Counted from the first letter of the stretch, positions 29,135 through 40,123 are shown. The stretch: 64,000 bases of DNA from a bacterium (GCA_963675755.2 CAXXMD010000003.1:1216001-1280000); one strand, 5' to 3'. Numbers and translations: made by a program. Notes: generated by a model from the sequence alone, not told the origin.

Positions 29135-32100
29135 TTAATCTTTGAATTCCAGGGTAAAACTCGTTCCCCGTTTATTTTCAATTTTCAAATCTCCTTCTAA
29201 TTGAAGCGATAACATTTTCACCAACTGCATCCCCAAAGTATCTGTATGCTCAGGATCAAACTTGGGAGGAAGGCCCGCGCCATCATCTTTTACAACTAGC
29301 TCGTACTTTTCGGATTTTGCGCTCAGTTTGACAATAATCTCTCCCTTTTCCCTGTTTTTAAATGCATGCTTGTATGCGTTGCTTACAAGCTCATTCAAAA
29401 TCAAACCACAGGGAATTGCATGTACAACATCAAAATAAATACTATCAACCTGAATATTGCTTTTGATATATTTTTGAGGAGCATACATAATTTTTAAATC
29501 CCGTACTATTGTTTCAATATACTTTTGCATTTCTATCTTGGATAATTCTTTGGACTGATATAGCTGCTCATGGACCATTGCCATAGAGTACACACGATTA
29601 CGGCTTTGGTTAAATACATCCCGAATCTCTGGATCCTCAATTTTTTCAGATTGTAAGCTCAATAAACTGATGATGACCTGCAAATTGTTCTTGACCCTGT
29701 GATGGATCTCTCGAATCAAAACTTCTTTCTCTAACAAATCCTTTTTAATTTGTTCTTCCGCCTGCTTTCTATCAGTTATATTGACCGTAAATCCAAACCA
29801 GGTAACGGTACCATCCGGCAGTAATTCCGGAGTAGAATTGGACAAAATCCACTGTACACCCTTTTCCGGTAAAACAACTCTATATTCACATCTGAATGGC
29901 GACAGGTTTTTAGCTGATATTTCAACAGTTTCAACAACACGTTCAAAATCATCAGTATGTATTACCCGGGCAACAGGCTCAAACGTATCCACAACATCCT
30001 GTGGCGTACAACCAAAAATATTAACAATACCTTCAGAAGAGATGGGAACATAATAAGTGCCATCGGGCTTGCGGGAAAACTGGTAAATCATATCCGGCAA
30101 ATGTTTTGATAGCTTTCTAAACTCTAAATCTTTTTTACGGATTTTCTCTTCAGCAATTTTCAACTGGGTAATATCCTGGGTAAAACCAATGCCCAAAAGG
30201 GCTTTGCCATTTTTATCAAATTCCACATTAGCTTTTTCATGCACCCATTTTACTTTACCATTAACTAAAAGCCTGTGCTCAATATCGTAGGGAACACCCT
30301 GTAACGCGGCAGTCCATTCCTTTGTTACATATACTCTGTCATCAGGATGAACACATTCCATAAAAACTTCAAGATTGAGCTTGGTACCCAATGGCACACC
30401 AAAAATCCTATAATTCTCATCCGTCCAGGTCAACACATTTTCTACAACATCCAGCTCCCACGTACCAATTTTCCCTATTTCCTGTGCTTTGGTTAGATAA
30501 TATTGTTTTTCACTCAGATCTTTTTCTGCTTTTCGTTGTGCCAAAGCGATTGAAATATTTCCTGCCATTCGCTCAATCTGGTCAACAAACTGTTCTGTAA
30601 AACGCCCTTCTCTGTGATCGTTAAATTGAAGCAAACCAAAAGTTTCTCCTCCTGCCCGCAAAGGTACCAGCATAACTGATTCGTATCCTTCAGCATTACA
30701 CCGGTTTCGAGTGCTCGCCTGACGTTCCGTTTCAGTTGTTGAAGCAAGTAATTTTGAAGTACCATTTGAAACAAAACTACCGTGCTCGGTAAAAAATGGC
30801 AAGGATGCATCAAAACGTCCACATAAAACATTTCCGCACATACATTCAAGAACCGGATTACCAATTTCGTCTTTTAAAATTTGGCCTTTTAAATCTTTTG
30901 CGCACAAGTACTTTTCTTTTTTAACAAATTTTTCAGAAAATCCACGGGTTTCATAATAGGGAAAATCTTGTTCTTCTTTTAATCGTATACCCACAGCCTC
31001 ACAACCTGACAGCTCGAACATAAATGTTAATACAGATTGCATCAAATCGCTTAATTCTTTTTTCTCATTTATTATTTCAAGCAACCCGATTGTGATCTCA
31101 CGTTCTGATTCAATTCTTTTTCGTTCCGTAATATCCCGGGCTATACCAAATGTACCAATAATTTCACCTTTTTCATTCTTTTTAGGTATGCTGGAAACCT
31201 GGCATGTTATTCCAGAGGTAAAGGTTATGGTATTTTCAAGTGATTCACCTTTTAACGTTCTCTTGAACATATCTCTAATTGACGGATGGTCTTTATCAAT
31301 GAATAGCGGCAAAAAGGCTTTACCTATGACATCTTTTTTTGACAAACCTGTAACCCGTTCACTTGCCGCATTAACCCAAACAACATTTCCATTCACATCA
31401 GCAATATATGCAATGTCAGACATATTGTCCAAAAAGAGTTTTGACTCTTTGAGTTCCATTTCCAGTTGCTTACGTTCAGTAATATCCCGACCAAAACACA
31501 AAAACTGCCCACCCTCAAAATCTGCAAAGGTTGATGAAACCTCAATATCAATAATTTGCTTATCTTTACGCAAGAGTTGGGTTTCAAATATTTCACTTCC
31601 ATTTTCAACAATTCTGTTTATTCTTTTTCGGGTGTCACTTGGACTTTCTAACGCATCTAGTTCATTGATGTTGAATTTTAAAAGTTCTTCACGAGTATAA
31701 CCTGTCATTTTTAAATACGCATTATTTGCATCAATCAAAATTCCATTTATATCTATTATCCAAAATCCGTCAATAACTGTTTGAATGATATTATGTAAAT
31801 ATTTTTCATTATTTACTATTTTCAATTCGACTCGTTTTCTTTCTGTAATATGACCCAATTGTTCCGCTATTGTGTCCACCAACATTCTTTCTTCCTTCGA
31901 AAACGGTCCTTCATCACGTTCTGGTAATTCCTTTAAATAAACAATTTGTATCTCACCAATGACTTTTTCAAAGGCTTTTACATCAGCACTTTGCATCCAT
32001 TCTGTAATTTTGAAATTGTCAGATTTATATTCTTTATCATCAATAATAATTCTAGAGCAGGTAATTTCGGGGTATTGCCAACTGAAAGGTAATATATTTG

Positions 32101-33352
32101 CAATTTCCTGATATATCTCATCCAGATTGATATTACTATGTTCCATAATTTTAGAAATTCTATAAAAGGCTTGCAGTTCTTTTATCCGTTCATGTAAAGC
32201 GCTTTTGGTTCTTTTTGATTCGGTAATATCTTCAAAAACAGTTGCAAACTGATTTTCACCCGGAGAAAAAACTGAAATTAAAAAATTCTTTTTCATAGGT
32301 TCATAAAACGCTTCAAACTCTGCCGGATTACCCGTTTGAGCTACCTTTGCATATATATCAAGATACGGGGGGATATCTGTTTTGTATATTTCGGTTGCTT
32401 TCATGTTAACAACATCTGCTCTTTTCAAATCCAGAATCTGTTCAAACTTTGGATTCACATCAATTATTTCATAATCAATTGCTTTTCCGGATTCATCATA
32501 AATGACATTGTGCAAACAAACGCCTTCAAGCATGGAATTAAATAATGTCTTGTATCTTTTCTCGCTCTCAACAAGTTCACTTTTTATTTCATTTTCTTGC
32601 ATTGTCTCTCTAAATACAAGAACAACACCAATAATCTGACCTTTTGAATTTAATACAGGTGATGAACTATTAGAAATCCGAAACGCTTTATCTTCCTTAT
32701 TCAGGAGAATTGTCTGATTTACAAATTCAGAAATCTCGTCTGTCTCAATAACACGGCTGACAGGATCACTAACCAGATTTTTCGTTTTAGCATTGACTAG
32801 ATTGAATATATCCGTTAAAGGTAAGCCTTTGTAATTCTCATAATTGCATCCGGAAATCTTAATTGCAGCTGGATTTATAAATGTAATAATTCCTTCTTTA
32901 TTGGTTGTAATTACAGCATCTTTAATAGAATTAAAAGCAGCGTTTAACCATTCCTGCTGTTCATATAACTTTTTTTCCTTTTCAAACTTGAATAGAGCCA
33001 TTTCTATAGCATTTTTAATAATATCAACCTGTATAGGTTTGTAAATAAATCCATGGGGTTCGGTTTTTTTAGCACGAACTATTATCTCTTCATCAGCATT
33101 TGCCGTCATGTACACAATAGGAACATCGCAGATTGTTTTAACCTGACGTGTTGTTTCGATACCATCCATTTCCCCTTTTAACTTGATATCCATTAATATC
33201 AGGTCCGGTGTATTGGTTTTCACAAAATCAATGAGATCAATACCAGAAGAAAAGATAGCAGGTACAGAATAACCTGTATTAGATAAAATGTTTTTGATAT
33301 CCCGGGCAACAATAAGTTCATCTTCAACAATCAAAATCCTAGGTTTTATCAC
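29135..33352 (-). CDS. Cytoplasmic sensor kinase: REC, multiple PAS, GAF, HisKA_2 and HATPase domains
   Basis: ILIVEDE..DLILMDI..DGIE..KP (REC); repeated DITERK PAS ends; EIHHRVKNNLQ; ELVSNAYKHAF; DDGAG; LGM.LV. GTG start at 33352 follows GAGGAG. Confidence 0.92.
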   Translation of the reverse strand: MIKPRILIVEDELIVARDIKNILSNTGYSVPAIFSSGIDLIDFVKTNTPDLILMDIKLKGEMDGIETTRQVKTICDVPIVYMTANADEEIIVRAKKTEPHGFIYKPIQVDIIKNAIEMALFKFEKEKKLYEQQEWLNAAFNSIKDAVITTNKEGIITFINPAAIKISGCNYENYKGLPLTDIFNLVNAKTKNLVSDPVSRVIETDEISEFVNQTILLNKEDKAFRISNSSSPVLNSKGQIIGVVLVFRETMQENEIKSELVESEKRYKTLFNSMLEGVCLHNVIYDESGKAIDYEIIDVNPKFEQILDLKRADVVNMKATEIYKTDIPPYLDIYAKVAQTGNPAEFEAFYEPMKKNFLISVFSPGENQFATVFEDITESKRTKSALHERIKELQAFYRISKIMEHSNINLDEIYQEIANILPFSWQYPEITCSRIIIDDKEYKSDNFKITEWMQSADVKAFEKVIGEIQIVYLKELPERDEGPFSKEERMLVDTIAEQLGHITERKRVELKIVNNEKYLHNIIQTVIDGFWIIDINGILIDANNAYLKMTGYTREELLKFNINELDALESPSDTRKRINRIVENGSEIFETQLLRKDKQIIDIEVSSTFADFEGGQFLCFGRDITERKQLEMELKESKLFLDNMSDIAYIADVNGNVVWVNAASERVTGLSKKDVIGKAFLPLFIDKDHPSIRDMFKRTLKGESLENTITFTSGITCQVSSIPKKNEKGEIIGTFGIARDITERKRIESEREITIGLLEIINEKKELSDLMQSVLTFMFELSGCEAVGIRLKEEQDFPYYETRGFSEKFVKKEKYLCAKDLKGQILKDEIGNPVLECMCGNVLCGRFDASLPFFTEHGSFVSNGTSKLLASTTETERQASTRNRCNAEGYESVMLVPLRAGGETFGLLQFNDHREGRFTEQFVDQIERMAGNISIALAQRKAEKDLSEKQYYLTKAQEIGKIGTWELDVVENVLTWTDENYRIFGVPLGTKLNLEVFMECVHPDDRVYVTKEWTAALQGVPYDIEHRLLVNGKVKWVHEKANVEFDKNGKALLGIGFTQDITQLKIAEEKIRKKDLEFRKLSKHLPDMIYQFSRKPDGTYYVPISSEGIVNIFGCTPQDVVDTFEPVARVIHTDDFERVVETVEISAKNLSPFRCEYRVVLPEKGVQWILSNSTPELLPDGTVTWFGFTVNITDRKQAEEQIKKDLLEKEVLIREIHHRVKNNLQVIISLLSLQSEKIEDPEIRDVFNQSRNRVYSMAMVHEQLYQSKELSKIEMQKYIETIVRDLKIMYAPQKYIKSNIQVDSIYFDVVHAIPCGLILNELVSNAYKHAFKNREKGEIIVKLSAKSEKYELVVKDDGAGLPPKFDPEHTDTLGMQLVKMLSLQLEGDLKIENKRGTSFTLEFKD

Positions 33353-33502
33353 AACGATACTCCTCAAGATTTTTCAGTTTTTTCCCTTGTCATTTAATAT
33401 ACTGTAGGAATGCAGTAATAACAAGAATAATAAAAATATTAAATCAATGTGCTTATTTTTGCAAAATAATAGGTGTATCTACATAAACATAAATCCAGAT
33501 AA

Positions 33503-33539
33503 AAAAAGTCACTCTGTTTTTTGATCAGAGTGACTTTTT
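33503..33539 (-). terminator. Intrinsic terminator
   Basis: AAAAAGTCACTCTG...CAGAGTGACTTTTT. Confidence 0.65.
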
Positions 33540-33625
33540 CCCTTTCCCCGAGGTTAAGGTAAAAACATCTTGAACTTTTTAAGTTATTTATCTTCCTTGA
33601 ACCTTCCAGATTTTCAACTCGTAAA

Positions 33626-36600
33626 TTATCTTATTAAAATCATTTTCCGTGTCATACTAAATGTTTCTGTTTGCATACGATACAAGTAAACACCGGTTGA
33701 TACCGGATTTCCGCTCTGATCACACGCATTCCAGTTAAAGCTATATCTTCCAGCTGGTTGTTCAGCGTTAACCAGCTCTACTATTTTTTGTCCCATAATA
33801 TTATATACAACCAACATAACTCGAGATTGCTCTGGCAGATCGTATCGGATCTGTGTTTCAGGATTAAATGGATTCGGCACATTGGGATACAACATGTATT
33901 CTTGCGGAAGCTTGATCTCCACCGGCTCATTTTTAACGGATACCGGCTCAGCAATCTCCATCAGGTAATCTTCAACTTCACCATCTATAGCATATCCGTT
34001 AAACCAGAGATTTGGACGAGTAGAAAAACGGAAACGCGTTACAACCTGCCCCGGTTCAACATGTTCTGGTATTAAAAAATTAAGATCATGGCTACCTGCG
34101 GGAAGAATGAAATTATAAAATACATTATTATCCTCTTCATACCATACTCCATTTCGATCATAATCTGCCCAGGCACTCAAATATCCGCTTTTTGAAAGCT
34201 TTACCCGAATCTCTGCAATCTCACCCGGACCTGCTACATTTATCATTTCAACGCCGTCTTCATCATCCTGGTCATTCATGTCATCACCCAACAATTCATC
34301 ATGCGGTATGCCATCATCTTCCACATCAATTCGGTTACCCATATATACATCAGGATCATAAGCATGCTGCGCCCCGTTATGCTCAAGCAATGTTCCATAA
34401 TGGTGTGGCGCATCACCAAAATCAAACAAGCGGATATCCATGTCGGTAGTAAGCTCAAATGATAGATCCCACATCTCTGCTAACGGAAAATGCAATTCGG
34501 GGGTTGCTCCCGGATCTAGCTCAATGGGGGGAGGCATTACAATTGCATCATCCCCATAATAATGTTCCCGGGTCAACCAGGTCCAGGGATACCATCTCTC
34601 CTGGTCTTCCGGTGGTATTGAATCATATACAGCAGCAACACTGAGCCACCATACCGTGGAATCCTCTTCCTGTAGAAACCACTCGTCAGTAGGAATGCTG
34701 AAAAAATATTCAAATGCTGTTAAACATTCATCATGAAACGCACCATCTCCGCTTTGACAGCGTACCCAATGTTCATTCACTTGTGACCGCTCCAACAACC
34801 ACGATCTCACCAATGCCCCGGGATGACTCCATGCACTGTCCACACCTGCAGGAACATCCTGCCAGATGCCAACATGGAATGCTTCCGGTGCATAATCCGG
34901 GGTATGCAACGAATCCCATCCGGCATATACTCCCCACCATCGAATTCCAGTAACGGGATTGGCATCTGCGCAGAACCAATCATCCGCCAACACTACTTTT
35001 GGCCCCTCTCTGTCAATTAAAGAGGGTTCAGACCAACCTGTAAAACATATGGAATCCGCTTCCATCTTGCCCAGTATAGGGCGTTGGCTCCATTTCAAAT
35101 AACCTTCTCCACCGCTTCCACCTTCCTGATGATTTCCAAACCAAACAGCCTGCATCAATTGACCGGGTACAACCTGTACGGTATGCGTTCCGGGTGATAC
35201 CGGATAGGTTTGCACCCAACCGGATTTCAATTTTTCTCCAATAATATAATCACCCTGCTCAAGTCCGGTAAACTCGAAATGCCCCTGTGCATCGGTTATA
35301 GTATATTTGTCTCCGGTGTCCTCAACACCATTTTGATTTGCATCCAGCCAAATCTCCCAACCAGACAATCCTGGTTCACCAGGATCTTTGATACCATTAC
35401 CATTGAGATCATTCCACTTGTAGCCATGTATAAAACCGCCTTCCGGAACAGGTGAATCATCGTTGATAATTTCTAAAACATAATCTTCAACTTCGCCTGT
35501 TTCTACAAACCCGCTTACAGGAATGGGATTATTAAAACCATTCATGGCTCGTAATCTTGCATAGGTTACTCCGGGTTGGGTGCCGGCCGGCATTTTAAAA
35601 ATAACAGCCGCTTCAACCCAGGTACTTCCTGCAGGAAACGGCCCCGGAGTTGCTCCCCACAAAATCGCAAAATTGAGAATTTCTTCACCCACATCGTCCC
35701 AGTCTTTATCCATATTAATGTCCAACCACATTGCAACCTTGATGCTATCACTAATTGTCTGTCCCTTTAACTTTAACATACTCCACCCTTTGTCCGGATG
35801 AACCAGTATGGCATCAATCAATCCATTTTCATCGTCTCCCTGAGCATCATTATCATCGCCCAGGGCATCCGGGTGACGCTGCATTGATGATTCAGCATCC
35901 GGTTGGTCAGACGAATCACCCAACCAAACCAATCCAATAGAATGACTGGCTTCAGGATAGGGCAAGGGCGCATCTCCCCAATCCAATTCCTCTTCACTAT
36001 CCCATATTGTTACCATATAATCTTCAACTTCTCCAATGCCACCAGCACCTTCTGGAGACGAAACAATCTGCATTAAAGGTTCGGTCTGATAAACTCTAAA
36101 TCTCGCATAGGTAGTCCCAATAACCGCACTGGCAGGCACATTGATCGTATAGGATTTATTAATGACCGATCCATTTGCAGTAATAACATCGTCAACCACT
36201 TTCTCTGTGGTATTATCAAAAACCTGATCACCATTAAAATCGATCCAACCTGCCAGTGAGCCCAACAGTCCGGGGGGACCTGATATATCAACCTGCACTG
36301 TTGCAGCCTGGCCCTTGACGAGTGTAGAAGTAAACGTAACACCGTCTTCATCGTCATTATCATTCAAATCATCCTGATTTGCCTGTGAAGAAGGCTGGCC
36401 ATCCGGTTCCGTATCTATACGTTGGCCCAACATGACTTCACCAGGCAAGTGATAAGCCCCATTAGAAGCAAGTGTTGTTTTATATGCATCGGGAGCATCT
36501 CCAAAATCAAGACCGGGTTCGGCCATATTAAAAAAGTATAAATTGAGATCACCGGAAGCATCATAATCCACTTCCATGAAATGATTTGTCCAGTCAATTT

Positions 36601-38050
36601 GAACACCGCTAAATGAATTTCCGGCCAATCCCAGGGCAAACCAGATCCATCCGGGAAGGTCTGTTTCATATATCTTGTATTTCCCGGCACTGATGCCTGT
36701 AAATATTTTTTGTGGAGTAGAAGGATCATTCAAGGTAAAAGATCCCAAATCTCCCGTAAACGGGAACGGGGTATCATCAGCAGGATCAGCAATTTTGTGT
36801 ACAATAATCAAACCACCCTCTGATTCGGATTCAATATTGACCATATAATCTTCAATTTCACCAATAGGCGTTCCATTTGGCGGTACCGGGCCTTTATCAT
36901 AAATCATAAATCTTGCAAATGTATTACCCGCTACCGCAGTAGAGGGAACATTGAAATTCAGTGTACTCTTGAAAGCGGGTGTTAAGGATTGATCTACTAT
37001 TCGTTCCTGTACTTCCCAGGTACCATTACCATCAAAATCTATATATGCTTCAAGCTGCGGCTGTGCAGATGGTGATGAATTGCTGATATCGACAGTGAAC
37101 GAGGCGACAGTTCCGGGTATTAACAATGTTGTAAAAATTATCCCGTCTTCATCATCATTACCGTCATTATCATCTCCTTTAGCCTGCGCGGTTGGCTGAC
37201 CGTCTGCATCTATATCAACCGATTGTCCCATAAACAATAAAGTGTCTACAGTAAAATAACGCCCGCCATCAGCGAGCAGGGTTTTATAGGGAGAAGGTGC
37301 ATCACCAAAATCATATTCATCCTGAGATGATTCCTGGTATACATTTACAGACGCCAGATCGGTATCTGTTGCACCATGTGTGTCTGTAACTCGTAATCTG
37401 ATATTTCCTGAATATGGACTGTACCAGGCGAATAGTGTATCCCCATAAATGCAGGTAACATCTCCTGCACCATTATAAACACCATCCAGATTACAGTCCC
37501 ATTCGTACGTAACAATTTTATCTCCAGCATCAGGATCATAACTGCCGGAACCTACAAGCGTAATCCACTGACCAACCGTTGCTGTATAGGGTCCTCCGGC
37601 ATCAGCAACCGGGGGATTATTGCTGCTTCCCGCGGTATCATCCCAAAATTTATTACCTGTCAATGTTTTGTTATCAAGGGGATAGTCGTATTGTATTACA
37701 TTATTATTTATAACAGTTCCGCTGACTGTTGTAGCGCCTTTGGAGGTATAACCGGGAGGATCAATTTCTTTAATAAAATAAAACTCACAAATCTGCCGAA
37801 CATTTAAACCAAACCAACCGGCGGAATTTGTATATGTACTATCCACTAGAAATGCTGTAGAGATGGAAGGATTATTGGCACCCAAAAGCCAAACTCTTGC
37901 ACCTGCAATTGGCTCAGAAACCGGGGGTTCAGTTCCTGTTGCACCTTTGTAAACTCTGCCAGACAAAACGCTCTGAGCCATTGTATTTATGCATACACTC
38001 AGACTAAACAGAAAAATGAATATACTACGAGACTTCATAATATACCTCAT
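33626..38050 (-). CDS. Large secreted protein with GEVED repeats, PKD and SdrD-B-like domains and C-terminal FlgD/T9SS sorting domain
   Basis: Four DFGDAP...D.EDG...GE(V/I)EDY units; PPVADAGGPY; G.KWNDLNGNG..D.GEPGL.GW; PNPFNPET...RKMILIR. Confidence 0.88.
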   Translation of the reverse strand: MRYIMKSRSIFIFLFSLSVCINTMAQSVLSGRVYKGATGTEPPVSEPIAGARVWLLGANNPSISTAFLVDSTYTNSAGWFGLNVRQICEFYFIKEIDPPGYTSKGATTVSGTVINNNVIQYDYPLDNKTLTGNKFWDDTAGSSNNPPVADAGGPYTATVGQWITLVGSGSYDPDAGDKIVTYEWDCNLDGVYNGAGDVTCIYGDTLFAWYSPYSGNIRLRVTDTHGATDTDLASVNVYQESSQDEYDFGDAPSPYKTLLADGGRYFTVDTLLFMGQSVDIDADGQPTAQAKGDDNDGNDDEDGIIFTTLLIPGTVASFTVDISNSSPSAQPQLEAYIDFDGNGTWEVQERIVDQSLTPAFKSTLNFNVPSTAVAGNTFARFMIYDKGPVPPNGTPIGEIEDYMVNIESESEGGLIIVHKIADPADDTPFPFTGDLGSFTLNDPSTPQKIFTGISAGKYKIYETDLPGWIWFALGLAGNSFSGVQIDWTNHFMEVDYDASGDLNLYFFNMAEPGLDFGDAPDAYKTTLASNGAYHLPGEVMLGQRIDTEPDGQPSSQANQDDLNDNDDEDGVTFTSTLVKGQAATVQVDISGPPGLLGSLAGWIDFNGDQVFDNTTEKVVDDVITANGSVINKSYTINVPASAVIGTTYARFRVYQTEPLMQIVSSPEGAGGIGEVEDYMVTIWDSEEELDWGDAPLPYPEASHSIGLVWLGDSSDQPDAESSMQRHPDALGDDNDAQGDDENGLIDAILVHPDKGWSMLKLKGQTISDSIKVAMWLDINMDKDWDDVGEEILNFAILWGATPGPFPAGSTWVEAAVIFKMPAGTQPGVTYARLRAMNGFNNPIPVSGFVETGEVEDYVLEIINDDSPVPEGGFIHGYKWNDLNGNGIKDPGEPGLSGWEIWLDANQNGVEDTGDKYTITDAQGHFEFTGLEQGDYIIGEKLKSGWVQTYPVSPGTHTVQVVPGQLMQAVWFGNHQEGGSGGEGYLKWSQRPILGKMEADSICFTGWSEPSLIDREGPKVVLADDWFCADANPVTGIRWWGVYAGWDSLHTPDYAPEAFHVGIWQDVPAGVDSAWSHPGALVRSWLLERSQVNEHWVRCQSGDGAFHDECLTAFEYFFSIPTDEWFLQEEDSTVWWLSVAAVYDSIPPEDQERWYPWTWLTREHYYGDDAIVMPPPIELDPGATPELHFPLAEMWDLSFELTTDMDIRLFDFGDAPHHYGTLLEHNGAQHAYDPDVYMGNRIDVEDDGIPHDELLGDDMNDQDDEDGVEMINVAGPGEIAEIRVKLSKSGYLSAWADYDRNGVWYEEDNNVFYNFILPAGSHDLNFLIPEHVEPGQVVTRFRFSTRPNLWFNGYAIDGEVEDYLMEIAEPVSVKNEPVEIKLPQEYMLYPNVPNPFNPETQIRYDLPEQSRVMLVVYNIMGQKIVELVNAEQPAGRYSFNWNACDQSGNPVSTGVYLYRMQTETFSMTRKMILIR

Positions 38051-38231
38051 ACACTGTTTTAAATAAATGTTATAGGATTATAGTATTGATTCAACAGGAT
38101 AACTGAAATTTATTCGGCAAGTACCAACAAGTGGGGAAATATCAATTTAAACAATACTATGTAGAAATGAACAGTTTTCATCTAAACAATTATGAAACAT
38201 GAATTATTCATATCTGGCAGGAAATATAAAA

Positions 38232-38259
38232 GAGACAAGGGCTTAATAGCCCTTGTCTC
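38232..38259 (-). terminator. Intrinsic terminator after the second tonB
   Basis: GAGACAAGGGCT-TAAT-AGCCCTTGTCTC. Confidence 0.65.
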
Positions 38260-38268
38260 AAAATCCAA

Positions 38269-38913
38269 TTATTTTAATCTGAATGTAACAGGTACAGAAA
38301 TCCATACTTTGACCGGTTTATCTCTCTGCATAGCGGCTTTCCATTTTACAGAACGAACAGCTGTAATGGCTGCCTCATCACAACCATTGTTGCCCAGAGA
38401 CTGAAGAATTTGTGTGTCAATTACGTTTCCACGTTCATCAATCAAACATTTAACAACAACTCTGCCTTCTACACCAGCTTTGCGGGCAATTTCGGGATAT
38501 ACAACCTTTCGTTGAATAGCCATAAATCCACCAACTGGTGTGGGAGGTTCATCATAACTGATAAAAGGATCATGGTCAACCGTTCCATCTTCAGGATTAA
38601 ACGGTGGCGGCGGCGGAACGATATCGGTAATAAAATTATTATTACCTTCAATTGTAGCATCAATGGGAACATCCGGATCATCAGTCTCTACCGGAATAGC
38701 CGGTCTTGAGGGTTTGGGTATTTTTTTAGGATAAACAGTACGAATGTTCTCGGCATAGATAGGTTTGTCAAATTCAGGAATTACAGCATTAGCCTCATGT
38801 TCAAACTGTTTCCAGCCCTGAAAAACGGCAACCAGAAATACCAAAGACAAAACCAGAGACAGTTCAATGTTGCGTTGGTAGCGGCTTTTAAATTCTTTGT
38901 TAGCAAATTTCAT
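38269..38913 (-). CDS. tonB: Energy transducer TonB (copy 2)
   Basis: N-terminal TM, Pro-rich linker, YPEIARKAGVEGRV...W.AA.Q...PV. Confidence 0.9.
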   Translation of the reverse strand: MKFANKEFKSRYQRNIELSLVLSLVFLVAVFQGWKQFEHEANAVIPEFDKPIYAENIRTVYPKKIPKPSRPAIPVETDDPDVPIDATIEGNNNFITDIVPPPPPFNPEDGTVDHDPFISYDEPPTPVGGFMAIQRKVVYPEIARKAGVEGRVVVKCLIDERGNVIDTQILQSLGNNGCDEAAITAVRSVKWKAAMQRDKPVKVWISVPVTFRLK

Positions 38914-39064
38914 AGGATACTCCTTTCAGTTTTTGATCTCCGGCTTTTTGCCGGTTTAGCGGATCCACTATGGATCGCTGTTTTTTGGTATCCTTCCCTG
39001 TCCATTTGGCTAACATGTTTGAATACGGGTCCACCCAAACACAGTCAAACAGATTCCCTCTGAA

Positions 39065-39487
39065 TTAATCCGCTGCAGTTTTTGCAGAGTAATTAACATT
39101 CAGTGCTGCTTCTCCAACCTCTCTCAGCTCTTCATGGATCTGAGTAACACGTTCCATTGCTACCTGATTGTCTATCTTTAAAGATACAATCTTGAGTGGG
39201 CTGGTAAGATCAATGGCCTTTTGATAAATTACACCACTTATATCATTAGGATTTAAAAACCGATCATCAATAGTCAGATTTCCAGCACGGTCAGCCCAAA
39301 TTACGCCTACCCCGCGTTTGCCGGGTAATTTTTCTATCTTTTGCGCATCCGGTAAAATCACATTGAGTCCGCTTGAAGATTTGATAACCGTGCAAACCAT
39401 AAAAAAGATCAACAGCATGAAAATGATATCTGGCATTGATGCAGTTGAAATTCCGCTTCCGGCCTGTGCTTTCTTTTTAAATTGCAT
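39065..39487 (-). CDS. exbD: Biopolymer transporter ExbD (copy 2b)
   Basis: SMPDIIFMLLIFFMV. Confidence 0.9.
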   Translation of the reverse strand: MQFKKKAQAGSGISTASMPDIIFMLLIFFMVCTVIKSSSGLNVILPDAQKIEKLPGKRGVGVIWADRAGNLTIDDRFLNPNDISGVIYQKAIDLTSPLKIVSLKIDNQVAMERVTQIHEELREVGEAALNVNYSAKTAAD

Positions 39488-39526
39488 GATTTCCTCCTGT
39501 TCTCTTTATACCCTGGTGCATACAAT

Positions 39527-39925
39527 TTAGTCAGGTTCAGCTATTGAAATGCGTTTAGCTCCGGCGCGCTTGAGCTGGTCTAGCACATGGATATAAGCAT
39601 CATAGCGAGTTTGTTTTAATGTCTTGACAGAAAACGCAAGTTTATCGTTATTTTGGATCAATTCACGGGCTTTGGTTGCAATCTCGGGAATCGCGGTCTT
39701 TTCTCCCTCAAACATAACATCGCCTGCTTCATTAATCAAAATAGTAACCAGATTCCTGTCAATCATTTTTACGATTTCACTGTTCTTGGCTGGCAGCACC
39801 AGAGAAATACCTTTATCCGTATCTATCGTTGTTGTTACCAGAAAAAAGATAAGCAAAAGGAAAACAATATCTGCCATAGATCCGGAATTGATTTCAGGTG
39901 TACCTTTATCATTCTTGATCAGCAT
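39527..39925 (-). CDS. exbD: Biopolymer transporter ExbD (copy 2a)
   Basis: SMADIVFLLLIFFLVTT. Confidence 0.9.
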   Translation of the reverse strand: MLIKNDKGTPEINSGSMADIVFLLLIFFLVTTTIDTDKGISLVLPAKNSEIVKMIDRNLVTILINEAGDVMFEGEKTAIPEIATKARELIQNNDKLAFSVKTLKQTRYDAYIHVLDQLKRAGAKRISIAEPD

Positions 39926-40123
39926 GAGCGTACCTCCTCGTTGCCGGTGAAATTGTATTCATTTACGGTTTGGTTTAACTTGTCCGATTTTATCCGTCCC
40001 ATAACCGGACAATTTAAAATGTAGTAATTAGTGAGGGTCCCTCTTTCTACATGTTTAACTGTATCAAAGAGGTTGCGGTTCCCGGTAATTTAATAAAGAG
40101 AGATTTTTTTATGTGGTAGGAAT

